From NCBI RefSeq assembly GCF_021869535.1, contig NW_026262685.1:372001-436000 (forward strand): 64,000 nucleotides of DNA. Direction: 5' to 3'. A program made the position numbers and the translations under genes. Position 1 is the stretch's first letter, and every line of letters begins with the position of its first letter. The stretch comes from Mytilus californianus (lineage: Eukaryota). Positions 27,709 to 40,500 of this stretch are shown in pieces. A model generated the notes under the pieces. It was not told where the DNA came from. It made no database searches and worked only from the letters and a program-made list of their open reading frames with translations.

Positions 27709-30700
27709 TAACTTTGTCAATTATACTACTATTTTTTTCTCGATATTCCAAATGCACGTACATGTGTTGTAATAAATTGAATATAAAGAAAAAACAAGCC
27801 TGTGGTAGGAACTTTCCTTTTGAATTTCTTTCAATCTTAAACTTCGCAATGCCATTGATTCTTGTAAGTACCTTGAGATTATGACAACATAGCAGGGTAT
27901 TTGTGACCTGTTACATAAAGTAAAGAAGCTAAACAAATTTGGCACATTTTTAGTAATATTTATCAAAAAAAAAATAAAATGGGCAATAGAAAAGAAATTA
28001 TATCGATCGAATATGCAGATACATTAAATAGATAGGGAAAGAGCAAATGTACAAAGAAAAATTACTAAAGGTAAATTCGAAACATCAAAATCTCTTCTAA
28101 TGATTAACATTGGAGATGTATTATTAAATACTTGTTACAGGCAAAGATGTGGATTGAATCAGCTTTTATTGCGCGTCAAAGCTGTTTGAAATGTGACTGT
28201 GTATATATATATAAATCCAACAGAGCCTAAAGGTGTTGGCTCTTGTACGTCTAAAACGCAAATGCATACTTCAGGGTGTGAATGGGGGTTTATAGAATAG
28301 AGAATAATGGGTAAAAAATATAAAGAATAGAGAAAAATGGACCAAAAAAATAAAGAATAGAGAATAATGAGGTGCTAAAATATAAAGAATAGAAAATAAT
28401 GGGCAAAAAGTATACATAATAGAAAAATTGTCTAAAAAATTAAAGAATACAGAAATGAATGACCCCCATCCAGACCCTCACACTTCTAAAAAAAACATTA
28501 CTTAGGCGTCACCTATCATACTGGGCGCTTCTGTACATCAAATTTCCAAATTATTCATTTTGGTTCTGGAAGATGTTCCAAATTGATACAAAACTTAACA
28601 AAAACATTTAGAAATTTTCTTCAACGCTGAGCCAAGTATAGCACTAAAAACTTCCATTTTTTTCATTTCTTTACACTTTGTATTAAAACCTCAATATTTT
28701 GAATTATGTAAAAAACTAAAAAAAAAATGATTAAACAGAAAAAATTTGAATATCACCAAAAACTTTATAAATCACTTTCAGATAATTTTAAAAATAATCC
28801 AAAAGAATATTGGAATGTTCTAAAGGCAATAAAAAAGAAACCAAATATTGAAGGAGATATTCCTGAAATTTTAATGCATGAAAATAAAATCATAAAACAT
28901 TTTCAGGATCAGGGTACACCGGCATCATATGATAAACCCTTTGTAAATAAACTGGAACGTGAATTAAACATTCTAGAGGATAATATTGAATTGAATATGG
29001 AAACTGATGCACCAATTACATTTGCTGAGGTAAAACTGGTCATTTCAAACCTTAAAGTTAACAAATCAGCAGGTCCAGATAGAATTGTTAATGAAATACT
29101 CAAACATTCACAACCTGTGATAATTAATTCTATTGTAAAAGTTTTTAATTTGATTTTAAAGACAAGTAATTATCCAGATTCATGGAAATTATCTTTCATG
29201 ATCCCTTTACATAAATCAAAGCGCGAAAGCGCTGTAAAGGCAGTTAATTACAGGTTGTGTGTATTTTTAGTCCAGTTATATCATTATCTTGCATAGTACA
29301 GTGTACTTATCAGAGGTGGCTTTCAGTATTTAAGATTTAGAGTTCTCTAATGATATTGAACAAGTTTTATGAATGTCATATTCTGAGCACTATATGAAGG
29401 CGATTGTTCTCACTTGTTTATGAACTAGTGCATTATGTCCAGTTTGTACCTTTTTTTTATCTATGTTTATAGTCAAATTAGTTATCAAAGGTACCAGGAT
29501 TATAATTTAATACGCCAGACGCGTGTTTCGTCTACATAAGACTAACCAGTGACGCTCAGATCAAAATAGTAATAAAGCCAAACAAGTACAATGTTGAAGA
29601 GCATTGAGGACCCAAAATTCCAAAAAGTTGTGCCAAATACGGCTAAGGTAATCTTTTCCTTGGATAAGAAAATCCTTAGTTTTTCGAAAAATTCAAAGTT
29701 TTGTAACAGGAAATTTATAAAAATGACCATATAATTGATATTCAAATACTGCTTAAAATAGTTAAGCATTTTCTTTTTAGTAATAAGTAAATGTTATCAA
29801 CTGTATTTTATTCAACTCTGCAAATGTGGTTTGTTACTGGTAAGTATGGATGATAGTTGTTTCATTGGCAATCATAACACATCTCCTTATTTATATAATG
29901 ATCTATATTCAACGACCTCAGGTACAAAAAAAATGTATGTAACTAAACTATGATGGGAAACCTTTGACTTCTTTCTTTTATATAAACTTTTGATTTGGTA
30001 CCATAGAACTATGTAGAATAAATGTACATTGCAACATGTCAACTCTTTCAATGACAATACTTTTTTTGTAAACTATAACTCCAAGCAAAATTATATTTCC
30101 AAGCATAAAGTAATTTATGAATGAAAAAAGGAGTTCTTAATTAAGAAATAAACTGATTCGCTGAGCGCAGCTGGATACACCCGCAGAGGTCCAACCCTGA
30201 ACAGTTGGGGCAAAAATGGACACAATATTCAAGCTTGATACAGGTCTGAATTTGGATTGTAATTAAATATTTGATATATTATAGTTTCTGAATAAATGTA
30301 GTCAAAGAACTTGAAATCGGTTATATGAATTGAATTTATATTTAATTAAAGATTTCTTGCTGTTGTGCAATACACTATGCTGTTGCACAATACTTAATAA
30401 ATCTGTTGCCAGACTATAAACAAATAAAGTTCAATTTCTTCTCAATGTCATATTTGAAATTTATGAAAATCAATAGGGAGATTACATCAATAGCTATAAA
30501 TAATTCACCAAAGTTTCATGTGAACCGCTTAAAGCATTTTTGAGTTGTTGTCCAAAAACTGGAAAATCCCCCCTTTTTTAATGAATAAAACCCCATAACT
30601 CAGAAATGTATAATCTAAAATTTATAAAATTCTAAAGGGAGCTTACGGATTGATAATTTAGTCTTCGATGCAAGATTTTTTTATCAGTTGTTAGTGGCTT

Positions 30701-33700
30701 TGAACTAGCTGTTAGTAACTGCGAGTACTCTCAGATCTGTACTTAGTGTCTTTTTGTTGTTTGGATGTACAACTACCCGACCACGTCCACTTGTATTTGT
30801 ATTTATCCATCTGATGAGTTAAGCCTCTTTCAACTGATTTTTATAGTTCGTTCTTATATTGTACTGTTACACCACTGTCCCAGGTTAGGGGGAGGGTTGG
30901 GATCCCGCTAACATGTTTAAGCCCGCCACATTCTGTATGTACATGTATGTGCCTGTCCCAAGTCAGGAGCCTGTAAAAGTGTAATTCAGTGGTTGTCGTT
31001 TGTTTAAGTGTTGCATATTTGTTATATTCGTTCATTTTTTGTACATAAATTAGGCTGTTAGTTTTCTTGTTTGAATTGTTTTACATTGTCATTTCGGGGC
31101 CTTTTATAGCTGACTGTGCGGTATGGGCTTTGCTCATTGTTGAAGGCCGTACTGTGACCTATAGCTGTTAATTTCTGTGTCATTTGGTCTCTTGTGGAGA
31201 GTTGTCTCATTGGCAATCATACCACATCTTCTTTTTTATATTTACATCAACAGATATAAAAAATTCACCAAAGTCAAGGTGAGACAACAAAACTTAGTTG
31301 TAAGATCTCTGAAATTTTTTACACGGTACGAGTTTTTCTCATTGTTGGAGATTGTATGGTGACAGTAACACCTGTAACTGCTTAAACCCATTTCTTATGC
31401 ACTTTAGTTCGATAAACTCACTGAATATCATACCACATTTCCTTATTTTATATGCATTACAATTTACATGTGCATGTAATTGTAAATATATATATATACC
31501 AGAACAAAATTCATTGCGTCACTTTTATTTATGCATCCTTTGGCACAATACAAGTTCTAAAATTACACAACATAAAACAACTAAATGTTATTTCAGATGA
31601 AAGTTTTGTTTCAGTTCCATTCATAGGATTTATTAGAATTTTGTATGTTTTGCCAAGTCCAATAATTCGCTCTATGTGCACGTGTTAATTGGAGACTTTT
31701 CTATCCCGTATAAATGTTTTGGAACTAATTCTGTTTTTTGAAAAAAGTTAGCAGACAAATCTTGCACATTTAAACCTTTGTCTGCCATCACACTGTCACC
31801 TGGATCACATAATTGAACTATTCTACATCTTTCAACTATTTCATAGTCACTGGTACAACCAACATACAATGTACATGTATGCATTAGAGACATAGTTGAC
31901 TAAACCACCAGGTGTCGAACATTCAAGAATTTTCAGTGTTTCTGTTTTTATATGATGAAAAGGTTGCCTGAGCTCTAGGAGCTTTAGGTTTTATCACGGG
32001 ATATTCTGTGCTGTCAATAATAATCCAAATCGTAGGAAACTTTAATTTGAAGTTGGATGGTGAAAAATGCCTGACTAAACCACTAGATGGCCAAGTGTTA
32101 GCCTCACACCACTGTTTAGACATAAAAACAATCCATGTATACACAATATTCTTAACACTAGATCCAATCTAGAATCTAGACAGTTCAAAGTTGGTTGTAT
32201 AATGCCTCAATTTCATCAAAGTCATAAAAAAACTGATTTTCAACTGACACCATATCAATTTGAAAATATATGTATCTCAAACAATGTGCTGCTGGACCAA
32301 ATGCGGTCAAAACAAATAAAAATTTAGTATACAACTCTAAACCGGTATAAAAATGCATGGCTGTGTCACGTGTCTTCATTTAAAAATTCTCTGCTGAAAA
32401 CATAGGCATTGATGGTGTTTGCGTAATTCCATCTGTGAAGCTCAACATTAGCTCGGCAGTTGGTGGTGGACAGTCATAAATCCTTTCTGCAGTATGAATG
32501 ACTTCTTCAGGAAAACCAACTTTACAATCAAAAATTTCCTCTAGATTTCTACTACAATATTCATCAAATTTAGTTCTTTTGTTTTCTCAGGAAACTGCCC
32601 TGATTTTTCTTTTTGCGGACGATTCAGTCTCTTGCTCGGTCCAGGAAAATAGGCTGGGAATGGCAGTAGACTTAAGTCTCTGTATGGTGGGTTTGCGCCC
32701 TGAAAAAGGTTATAAAACATTAGTTTTTTGATAATTAAATGAACTTCCATTAGCAATAAAATTGAGAATGGAAATGGGGAATGTGTCAAAGAGACAACAA
32801 CCCGACCATAGAGCAGACAACAGCCGAAGGCCACCAATGGGTCTTCAATGCAGCGAGAAACGTAAATGTATACTTTGTACTACCTGGCGAAATATTAACT
32901 AGATTTATTCATTACAATCTGGATAAAACTATGTTTGCCTGATTCAATGTATGTTATGTAAATCCAAAGGACAAATAATGAGAGACTTATGCAACAAAGG
33001 TACATTGTTTGTACCTAAATAACTATAATATGATCTAATATAGATGAGAGCATGTCATTGTTTTGTTCCTGTTAACGTTGTCATTGATATTTTTCAAGAA
33101 AGTCTATGAGGCATAGCTTATGCATTCTTGTCATTACTACATTAGCATAATTACTGCTAAAATAATGCTCAGTATGATATACCTCTTGTAAGAAATCATT
33201 ATAATTGTAGCAATAACCAAAAAATCTCAAACAGATCACATTGAATCGTAATCCAAAAAATTATGACGTCTTGAATTAACCACCCCTTTTTATTCTAAAA
33301 CGATAATTGCGGTTGTAAACAGACTTTGGTTTATTCGCATGGCGATTACATATTTAACTATATATTTCAAAAAGAAAATAGAGTTTTACCATGAATAGTT
33401 TCCTGCACGTAGTCTTTTTCAGTAAAACGTGCCTTGCAAACAACAGCTGATTGAGATGGACTCCACGATTTCATCGTGTTCTCGTCCAATCTGCGTATGG
33501 GCCATGGCGTTGATCCAACTTTTCCTTCTTTTTAAGTCATTTGGAAATGCATGTCCTCCTCTTAAATGACACCCAGGTACACAACAACAAGTACTTGGCA
33601 TCGTTAATTAAAAATGTAACTGAAATAGTTGCACAGTGCAGAAACCGGAAGTTGAGGAACAGGATCCGCTACCACAGCGCCACCTATTCAGGAACGATAA

Positions 33701-36700
33701 TTTGCTACTTTATATAACAGCGAAATAACAATAACGTTAGACGGGTTCACGTGCATAAACGGATCGCTTTAAATTGTATAATATAATTCATGTTCAGTCG
33801 ACCTTTAATTATTATATCAACGACTGAAATGATTTATAAACATCTAGATTGCAGATAACACTCGAAATTAACCCGAGCTCTTTCCACACGGAATTCCGAT
33901 AATTCTAGTTTGTCAATCGGTTGACTGCCTATAATGCAAAATACAAATATATCAAAAGTTTTTAAAACTAACAAAACACAATGATCATTTCTCTATTTCC
34001 CAATGTAAATGAAATGAAACAAAAAACATTTTATATCGCAATAAGAAGAGGAGAGAATTCAACATTTCCGGATCTACTTGGAGCCTAATGACCCCCCACG
34101 TAGATAAGTTGGATATCGCGGAAGGAAGTATTAACCCGGCAACCAGAAAGGCATTAAAGCACTGCCTTTAAAAAGGTGACAAGTTAGACCCTAATAATTA
34201 TAGAGGAATTTCTCTTATAAGTAATCTACAAAAAATTGTTAATGCCATATTGAATAATAGGCTAATCAAGATTGTTGACAAACAATTAAGTGATTGTCAG
34301 TTTGGTTTCAGAGAAAATCACAGAACAGCTGATAGCATCTTTTTATTGAAGTCATTGATTAATAAATATCTACATAAAGAGAAAAAAAAGATTTATGCCT
34401 GCTTTATAGATCTGAAAAAGGCTTTTGATTCAGTATGGAGAACTGCTTTGCTTTATAAATTATGCAAAATGGGAGTTGGCAGGTCTTTTTACAAAGTTAT
34501 AAAACAACAATACTTAAATACTAAATCATCTTTGAAATACAAAGATTATGTATCAGAATTTTTTAATATTGCTAGAGGGGTTAAACAAGGAGACACCCTG
34601 AGCCCCACTTTATTTAATGTCTTCATAAATGATATTGTAAAAAATTCTGAGGGAAATGATTCAAGTCCCCTTAAGCTTATAAATAGTAAGGTGGGATGCC
34701 TCCTTTTTGCGGATGATCTTTTGATCCTGTCAGAATAGAAAGAGGGTCTTCAAAACAGTTTAAATAATGTTAAATTATATTGCAACAAATGGCAACTCTC
34801 TTTAAATACAAAGAAAACAAAATCCATGATTTTCAGTCAGCCCAAACAAAATGGTGAAACATCACATATTTACTATGAGAATGAAGCCATAGAGAGCGTA
34901 TCAGAATATTCATTTTTGGGAATGTTGATAAAATGTAATGGAAATTTATTACAAAGTACTTTAGAGCTGACAAAAAAGGCAAAAAAAGTATTTTTTGCAT
35001 TAAATCCTATACTAAATCATTGAATAATCTACCTATAAAAGTAGCAAATAACCTTTTTGATTCTTTAGTAAAATCAATTATGACCTATAATTCAGAAGTA
35101 ACATATTTGGATACATATATTTCTTTTCATAGAGCCAAAAACAGAGCCTTATCTTCAGGAAAACAAATTAATCAACTTGATTTTACAGACAAAACCCCTA
35201 TTGAAAATATGCATCTTAAATTTTGTAAATCTACTCTAGGAATAAGAAAAAATGCATCCAATTTAGGAGCAAGAGATGAATTAGGAAGATTGCCTATAGA
35301 ATGTTTTATTAAAACACAAACCCTTTTATATTTAGCTAGACTATATAATAATAATAATATTAATCCATTGATAAAGGAAGCTTTTTCTCTAGCACAGTCT
35401 CTAGATTTGACTGGAACTTATTCATGGTATACATATGCAAAAAATATTGTTGAAGAGACTAATATTGACCATAATATTTTTTCTAATTGTAAGGACATAA
35501 AAGATGTAAATAAAATAAAAAACGATATAAAGTTAAAAATGAAAAATAGATATGAAGATTTAATTGAAACTAAATTTGAAAACATTGATGATAAAAGTAA
35601 ATTTTATCTATATAAAAAACTTAAAAAGGATTGCAAACTAGAATCTTATCTAAATATACCTAATTTTCAGATAAGGAGATTGATCACTAAATTTAGAATA
35701 AGTGATCACTCCCTCTTAATTGAAAAGGGGGGATATTTTAAAATCCCAAGAGAGGAACGATTTTGTCATAAATGTAAAATACTAGAGGATGAGAAACATT
35801 TTTTACTCTATTGTGATTATAATAAAACACTAAGAAATGCCTTTTTTGAACACATATGTACTGAAAATAATAACTTTAAAAATTTAAATGAAGAAGAAAA
35901 AAATCATTATTTACTAAATCCATCAACGCCTTTACAAACAAATAAGTTAGGATCCTTCTTGAAAAAGTCATTAGAACTGAGGGCAGGGGACTCTTAACAG
36001 CTTGTTTGTTTTTATAAATTTTGATGCTGTTTTTATTGTGTTTGTTTGATATGTATTTATATATGTTTATTGTGTTAATACATGTTGGTCACAAACTGTA
36101 AAGTTTATACGACAATAAAATATTTGATTTGATTTGATTTGTATTACTAAGATTAAATTGGAAACGAAGTGAAACTACGTTGCACACGAAATTGGCCATT
36201 ATAATGCCTCTTTTAAACTTTGTTTTAGTTATAAGTATTGATAAACAATCGAGAGCCATGACGTGGGAGATTCGGTATTCTATAAGCATTGGCGAAATAC
36301 AATATATTTGTAATAAAAAATACAATATATTTGTAATGAAATAAAAAAATATGTCTGCATGACTGCAAACAACAAAATCCTGTTTCATTTCAATGCAATC
36401 GTACGAACACATTTGTCAAGAATATCTTCTTTGAAATGGTACCAAACATTTGTAAGGCTGTCCCCATGCAGGCCATTATATATATTCATGCTTAAACTAC
36501 AGTGACTATCTATAACTAAAGGTCGTGCTGTCGTTGGACCGCTTCCATCAATCATTTTATTTAATTAATCATGTACCATGAACATTTGTAGCCAGTGATA
36601 TTGTCAAAAATGTCTGCTTTGCATCAGTCCGAGAGCTAGAATCCCATGTCGATCGTGATTTGAAACATGTAGATCATATATAAAAGTACGGAATAGTCAG

Positions 36701-38175
36701 AATGGGTTTTGGTGAGTGTAAACATGAAATATTCAATTGGATTGAAAGGTCTCATTTTAACAAGAAGTGATTGCATATTCAAAGATATTTCAATTTAAAA
36801 CTCAGCAGTTCAGGGAGTCCATTAGTAACAAGCAGCAGTGTTTACTTCGACATCTTTCCTACCCTTGTGTTTAATATAAAAAATAAAAGAACGCCTTTTC
36901 ATCCAGACGATTTCAACTAAAATTGTTTCCCCGTCACTGTGAGGCAGTTACAGATCATATTCAGCGTGTTTTTGACTTCATCGGCGTTCCATTAGTCTAT
37001 AAAAACGATCCCTGCTGTTATAACATTTTGGTTATAATCTAACGCATTTCATACTTATTAATTAAATCATCAAAATATTACCTATTATAAAGGAAACTCC
37101 AAGTCCTAAATTATTAAATACTAAGTTAATAGCTGTGGCTGTTGTTCTTTCATTGGCAGGAAACCAGAGTGCTGATAAAACAGGTGGACCTCCCATTGCA
37201 ACAGGTCCTGCCAGTCCATTTAATAACTGTCCAATATTAACAGTCCTAAAATATTGAACTAAAATGGAGTATTCATTATAAGTCTAAGATAAACAGTTAA
37301 ACTGGAATATATTTTTTATAAACTAAGCACATTTATGTTCGTTAAACTTTTGTGAATTGTGAAACTGTGTTAAAGTACAAACCAAAGAGCAGCAAAAGAG
37401 CTAGTAATCAAGTTATCTATATATTTACTAGCACTGGTTAATTAAATTCATCAAAATTGTTACAATATCTTTGACATGCATACATACCAGCTGATATACT
37501 CTGGGTCGTCTGTTATACATCTTACTCCCGCTCCAGCTGCTACCAGGAAAGTTGATATCACACAGGCGGGCCTGAGACCTACAAATGTTAGTTGTCAATA
37601 GCTAGATGTAGGGTAAATATTAATTTTAAAAAAGCACGATTCATCGTTAGGTCAAAATAAAGAAAGCGCATAATTAGTAAAAAGTTTTTTTTATCACAAG
37701 TGGTTCGTTTTTATAAACAAGACTTGCAACATTTTACATGTATTATTTTATGCAAGGAATACAATTCTACGTAATCTTTAGATATGCGAAACAGTGATTA
37801 ATTTTATTTACCTTTCACATCAATTATCCATGCAAGTGGAAAGGTAGCAATGAGATAGGCAATAGGTCCCCAGTTGGCAAATAATGCAATGTCACCATCC
37901 GTCCAACCAAAGGCTTCCTCGCTCGCCTCTGCTATCGGGCCCCAGGTATTCCATATCCCACCTTGCGCAAATGCAATCAATGAGAAAACAACCAAAATAT
38001 ACCATCGTCTCTTGTATAATTTTGTTTCATGTGCAACTTTGTTGTCTGTGTCTTTCAGTACACCAACGTCTGATATGTTGTCGGAAGTGTTGATAACAAT
38101 GGCTTGATTTGGATATATTGAATCGTAAACCGTCTTTTGGTCGTCCTTAAGCAATGGCTCTCGAGCGGCTTCCAT
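17867..38175 (-). CDS. SLC49A4: SLC49A4/DIRC2-like lysosomal MFS transporter, paralog B (complete, 12 exons, 1506 nt, 501 aa)
   Basis: Exons: 37812-38175, 37488-37578, 37082-37245, 26798-26855, 23761-23807, 22341-22391, 21450-21579, 21083-21191, 20633-20700, 19618-19736, 18384-18566, 17867-17988 (TAG). All GT-AG, one continuous frame from MEAAREPLL via WNTWGPI, WFPANERTTATA and FEMACEASYPVAEG to RYNRLEIDETEIKVD*. Intron phases match A and C. Confidence 0.95.
26056..26260. repeat. Degenerate minisatellite of about 38 bp (CATGCTCCAAAATTGTAT...)
   Basis: About five recurrences of the CATGCTCCAAAATTGTAT core. Confidence 0.6.
26862..27710 (+). mobile_element. Helentron/HINE-like non-autonomous element carrying a 168-bp tandem array
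   Basis: About 3.7 units of 167-168 bp (TTGAATC at 26977, 27144, 27312, 27480), a (GACG/GACA)n tract at about 27595-27662 and a terminal palindrome ATTATACC..CGCAAC-TC-GTTGCG..GGTATAAT at 27673-27708. This architecture is known from bivalve CvA/pearl- and HINE-type elements. Confidence 0.75.
28272..28479. mobile_element. MITE, same family as 14233-14456
   Basis: AGGGTGTGAATGGGG...CCCCATCCAGACCCT with AAAGAATAGAGAA internal repeats. Flanks CATACTTC and CACACTTC. Confidence 0.7.
28680..29219 (+). mobile_element. LINE ORF2 fragment, 5' part (pre-RT region), CR1/L2-like group
   Basis: ORF 28727-29296 reads NNPKEYWNVLK, ITFAEVKLVISNLKVNKSAGPDRIVNEILK, YPDSWKLSFMIPLHKS, which precede the RT domain in LINE ORF2. 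Homology stops at IPLHKS. Confidence 0.85.
29478..29748 (-). mobile_element. Retrozyme-family repeat with a mutated hammerhead core
   Basis: Minus strand: GAGCGTCA-CTGGTTA-GTC-TTATGTA-GAC-GAAA-CACGCG-TC-TGGCGT. Stems I, II and III can pair, but the core reads CUGGUUA instead of CUGAUGA. Other fragments lie at 50600-50750 and 18830-18865. Confidence 0.65.
30855..31240 (-). repeat. High-copy interspersed family (AAGAAGATGTGGTATGATTGCCAATGAGACAAC terminus), longest copy
   Basis: Homologous copies at about 9569-9835 (+), 11421-11510 (+), 12365-12478 (-), 25295-25625 (-) and 42370-42700 (-). Confidence 0.8.
31670..33690 (-). mobile_element. Decayed THAP + DDE_Tnp_4 (PIF/Harbinger-ISL2EU-like) DNA transposon
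   Basis: THAP start MPSTCCCVPGC..HAFPND..W (33601), THAP-like tail LKSTAIPSLF (about 32650), FYTGL helix region, IIIDSTEYPVIKP..ATFSSYKNRNT and SDYEIV..GDSVMADKG. The pieces fall in different frames. Confidence 0.8.
34171..36140 (+). mobile_element. Same LINE, RT domain to 3' end, decayed (stop and frameshift)
   Basis: GDKLDPNNYRGISL, QFGFRENHRT, FIDLKKAFDSV, GVKQGDTLSPTLF, LLFADD. TAG at 34736-34738 and a frameshift near 35000. C-terminal CCHC motif (CHKC..EDEKHFLLYC), then AATAAA and a (ATTTG)n tail at about 36112-36140. Confidence 0.9.
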
Positions 38176-39168
38176 TCTTTAAAGTTGTCAGCTTTAATAA
38201 AGTAAATACAAAAACGTGTGCTAAAATAGTCGTGGTGAAACATTCTTTTATTTTTTTGTGTCGTTGGGTTGCTATCTCAATGACGTATACCTTACATCAT
38301 CGTGTATGCCTATTTTGAGAGGAGAGGAAGTGCAAACATACCAAATCAATATCAGGTCAAGGCAAGAGGCAAAATCGAAAAATTTGGTTTTTTGAAAAAA
38401 AATGATTACGGAATGAAAAATTTACAAAATAAAAACATTAAAAATCTCAAAATTAACCTTAACGGACGACATGTCCATCAGATTCAAGGGTAAAAATAAC
38501 AATAAATAGACAATGTCTCAGTGACAATGTTTACGCTTCCGAATTTTAATTTGATATTAAAAATAATTGCTTCTATGCAAAACGTCACATACAAATAAAT
38601 AGTCACATTTTGGCTGCGCTCGTCCGTTGAGTTATTTCTTTTTATCTGTCACTTTTATTAAACAAAATGCCTACTAGACATATAAAGTGTTTAATAATTA
38701 TATGTTCATGTATCAAATTTATCGTAACGGGCCTAATACATTAGATATATCATTGTTATATTTGTATATATTTAGCTTTATCTAATGAGTTGTAAAAGGG
38801 TCTTTGGGGAGATTCGTTGTATGTTAATTGTGTTAGTCATGTCAGTGTTACCCTCTAAGAAACGTTATTATTTATTTACTTACTAACTTACTTATATTTG
38901 ACAATTTATTTCCTTTGTACAGTGACTTTTAAATGTAAATATTAATAAAAATAAGATTATTTAGCAGTTTCAATTTTTAGTGAAAAAGGGGGGAACGTAT
39001 AAGGTCATCTCAACCAAAAGGCCTTTACTGATCAATAAAACGTGTATCTGAATACGAAAACTATATTCTTGGACGAAGATAAATCGACAATGTCTCACTC
39101 AGTTGTACTGTTGAAAAACGTAGATAGCATTGTTAATTAACAGTACGTGAAAAAGCAGTGCAAACAGA

Positions 39169-39190
39169 TCATGTGACTCCACCAATAACT
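39169..39190. promoter_or_regulatory. Possible CLEAR/M-box (TCATGTGAC) next to CCAAT, about 1 kb upstream of the paralog B ATG
   Basis: Motif match only. TFEB/MITF-type sites are typical of lysosomal genes, but this 8-mer is expected about twice by chance in the window. Confidence 0.25.
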
Positions 39191-39644
39191 TTACAATAAA
39201 TCGCCATACCTTTTATTTGTTGATTTGTTCATCCAGGTGAAATTATAACATAAAATATACGTACACTTGTATGTCCGAAGTAATTATGTATTCATTTTAG
39301 GACATCTGACAGGACCGATAAAATTGAATAACCCTTGTGACAGTTGTTACCAAATGTAAACATAACTGACCTACTTATAATAATGAAAGTATAGTATAAA
39401 TAACGAAATATTAACGGTAAATATATTCCGGAATAGAAATATCCATACATTTATTCCCGATCGATGTTTAAGTACTTTAATTTTGATTTCTTTTACTTTA
39501 TTTTATCTACAGCAGATTGTATTTAAATATCATTTTCTCCCTGCAAAATATCTTAGTTCTGAGCTCGAAATTGAATTTTAAAGAATAAAATAATAAACTG
39601 AAAACGTCATTCAGTTATCAATCTGGCTTATGGAACAGCCACTA

Positions 39645-40500
39645 TGTTCCGTCAGTTACTTTGTTCCGGCGGAACTTTTCAACTAGTTATTTCGTTCCGA
39701 TGGAACTTTCCAACTAGTTGTTTTATTCCGAGTGCAGTCGAAAAGTTCCGGAAAAAAGTAGCTAGTTGAAAAGTCCCGGAACAATGTAGCTAGTTGAATA
39801 GTTAACCGTANNNNNNNNNNNNNNNNNNNNNNNNNNNNNNNNNNNNNNNNNNNNNNNNNNNNNNNNNNNNNNNNNNNNNNNNNNNNNNNNNNNNNNNNNN
39901 NNNNNNNNNNNNNNNNNNNNNNNNNNNNNNNNNNNNNNNNNNNNNTGTGACTAGTTGATAAGTTCCGTTTGACTTTTGTGGCTAGTATCTTTGTTCCCCT
40001 TTGAAAAGGTTCAAAGATAATATGTTGCGCTTTTACTTTGCATCAATTCTCCAAATGGAACTTTGTGACTGGTTGATAAGTTCCGTTGGAACTTTTGGGC
40101 TAGTTTGTTAGTTCCGGTTTTGACTTATTTGCCAAAGAGGAACTATGTGGCTAGTTGATAAGTTCCTTTTGACTTTTGTAATCAGTATCTTGGTTTCCCT
40201 TTGAAAGGTTCAAATATAATATGTTGCGCTTTTACTTTGCATCAATTCTCCAAATGGAACTTTCTGCCTGGTTGATAAGTTCCGTTGGAACTTTTGGGCT
40301 AGTTTGTTAGTTCCGGTTTTGACTAATTTGGCAAAAAGGAACTTTCTAACTAGTTGATATGTTCCGTTGGAACTTTTCAACTAGTCACTTTGTTCCGATG
40401 GAACTTTTAAACCAGAGGAAGAACAAAGTAACTAGTTAATAAGTTCCTCCGGAACTTTTCGGCTAGTTAGTTCTTTCCGCCCGGAACTTTCCAACGTCGG
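39645..40500. repeat. Degenerate GGAACTTTT/CTAGTT repeat region flanking the assembly gap
   Basis: Short subunits in both orientations, plus a near-duplicate block of about 180 bp (about 39946-40130 and 40140-40320). Confidence 0.7.
39811..39945. other. Assembly gap (135 N)
   Basis: Run of n characters. Confidence 1.
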
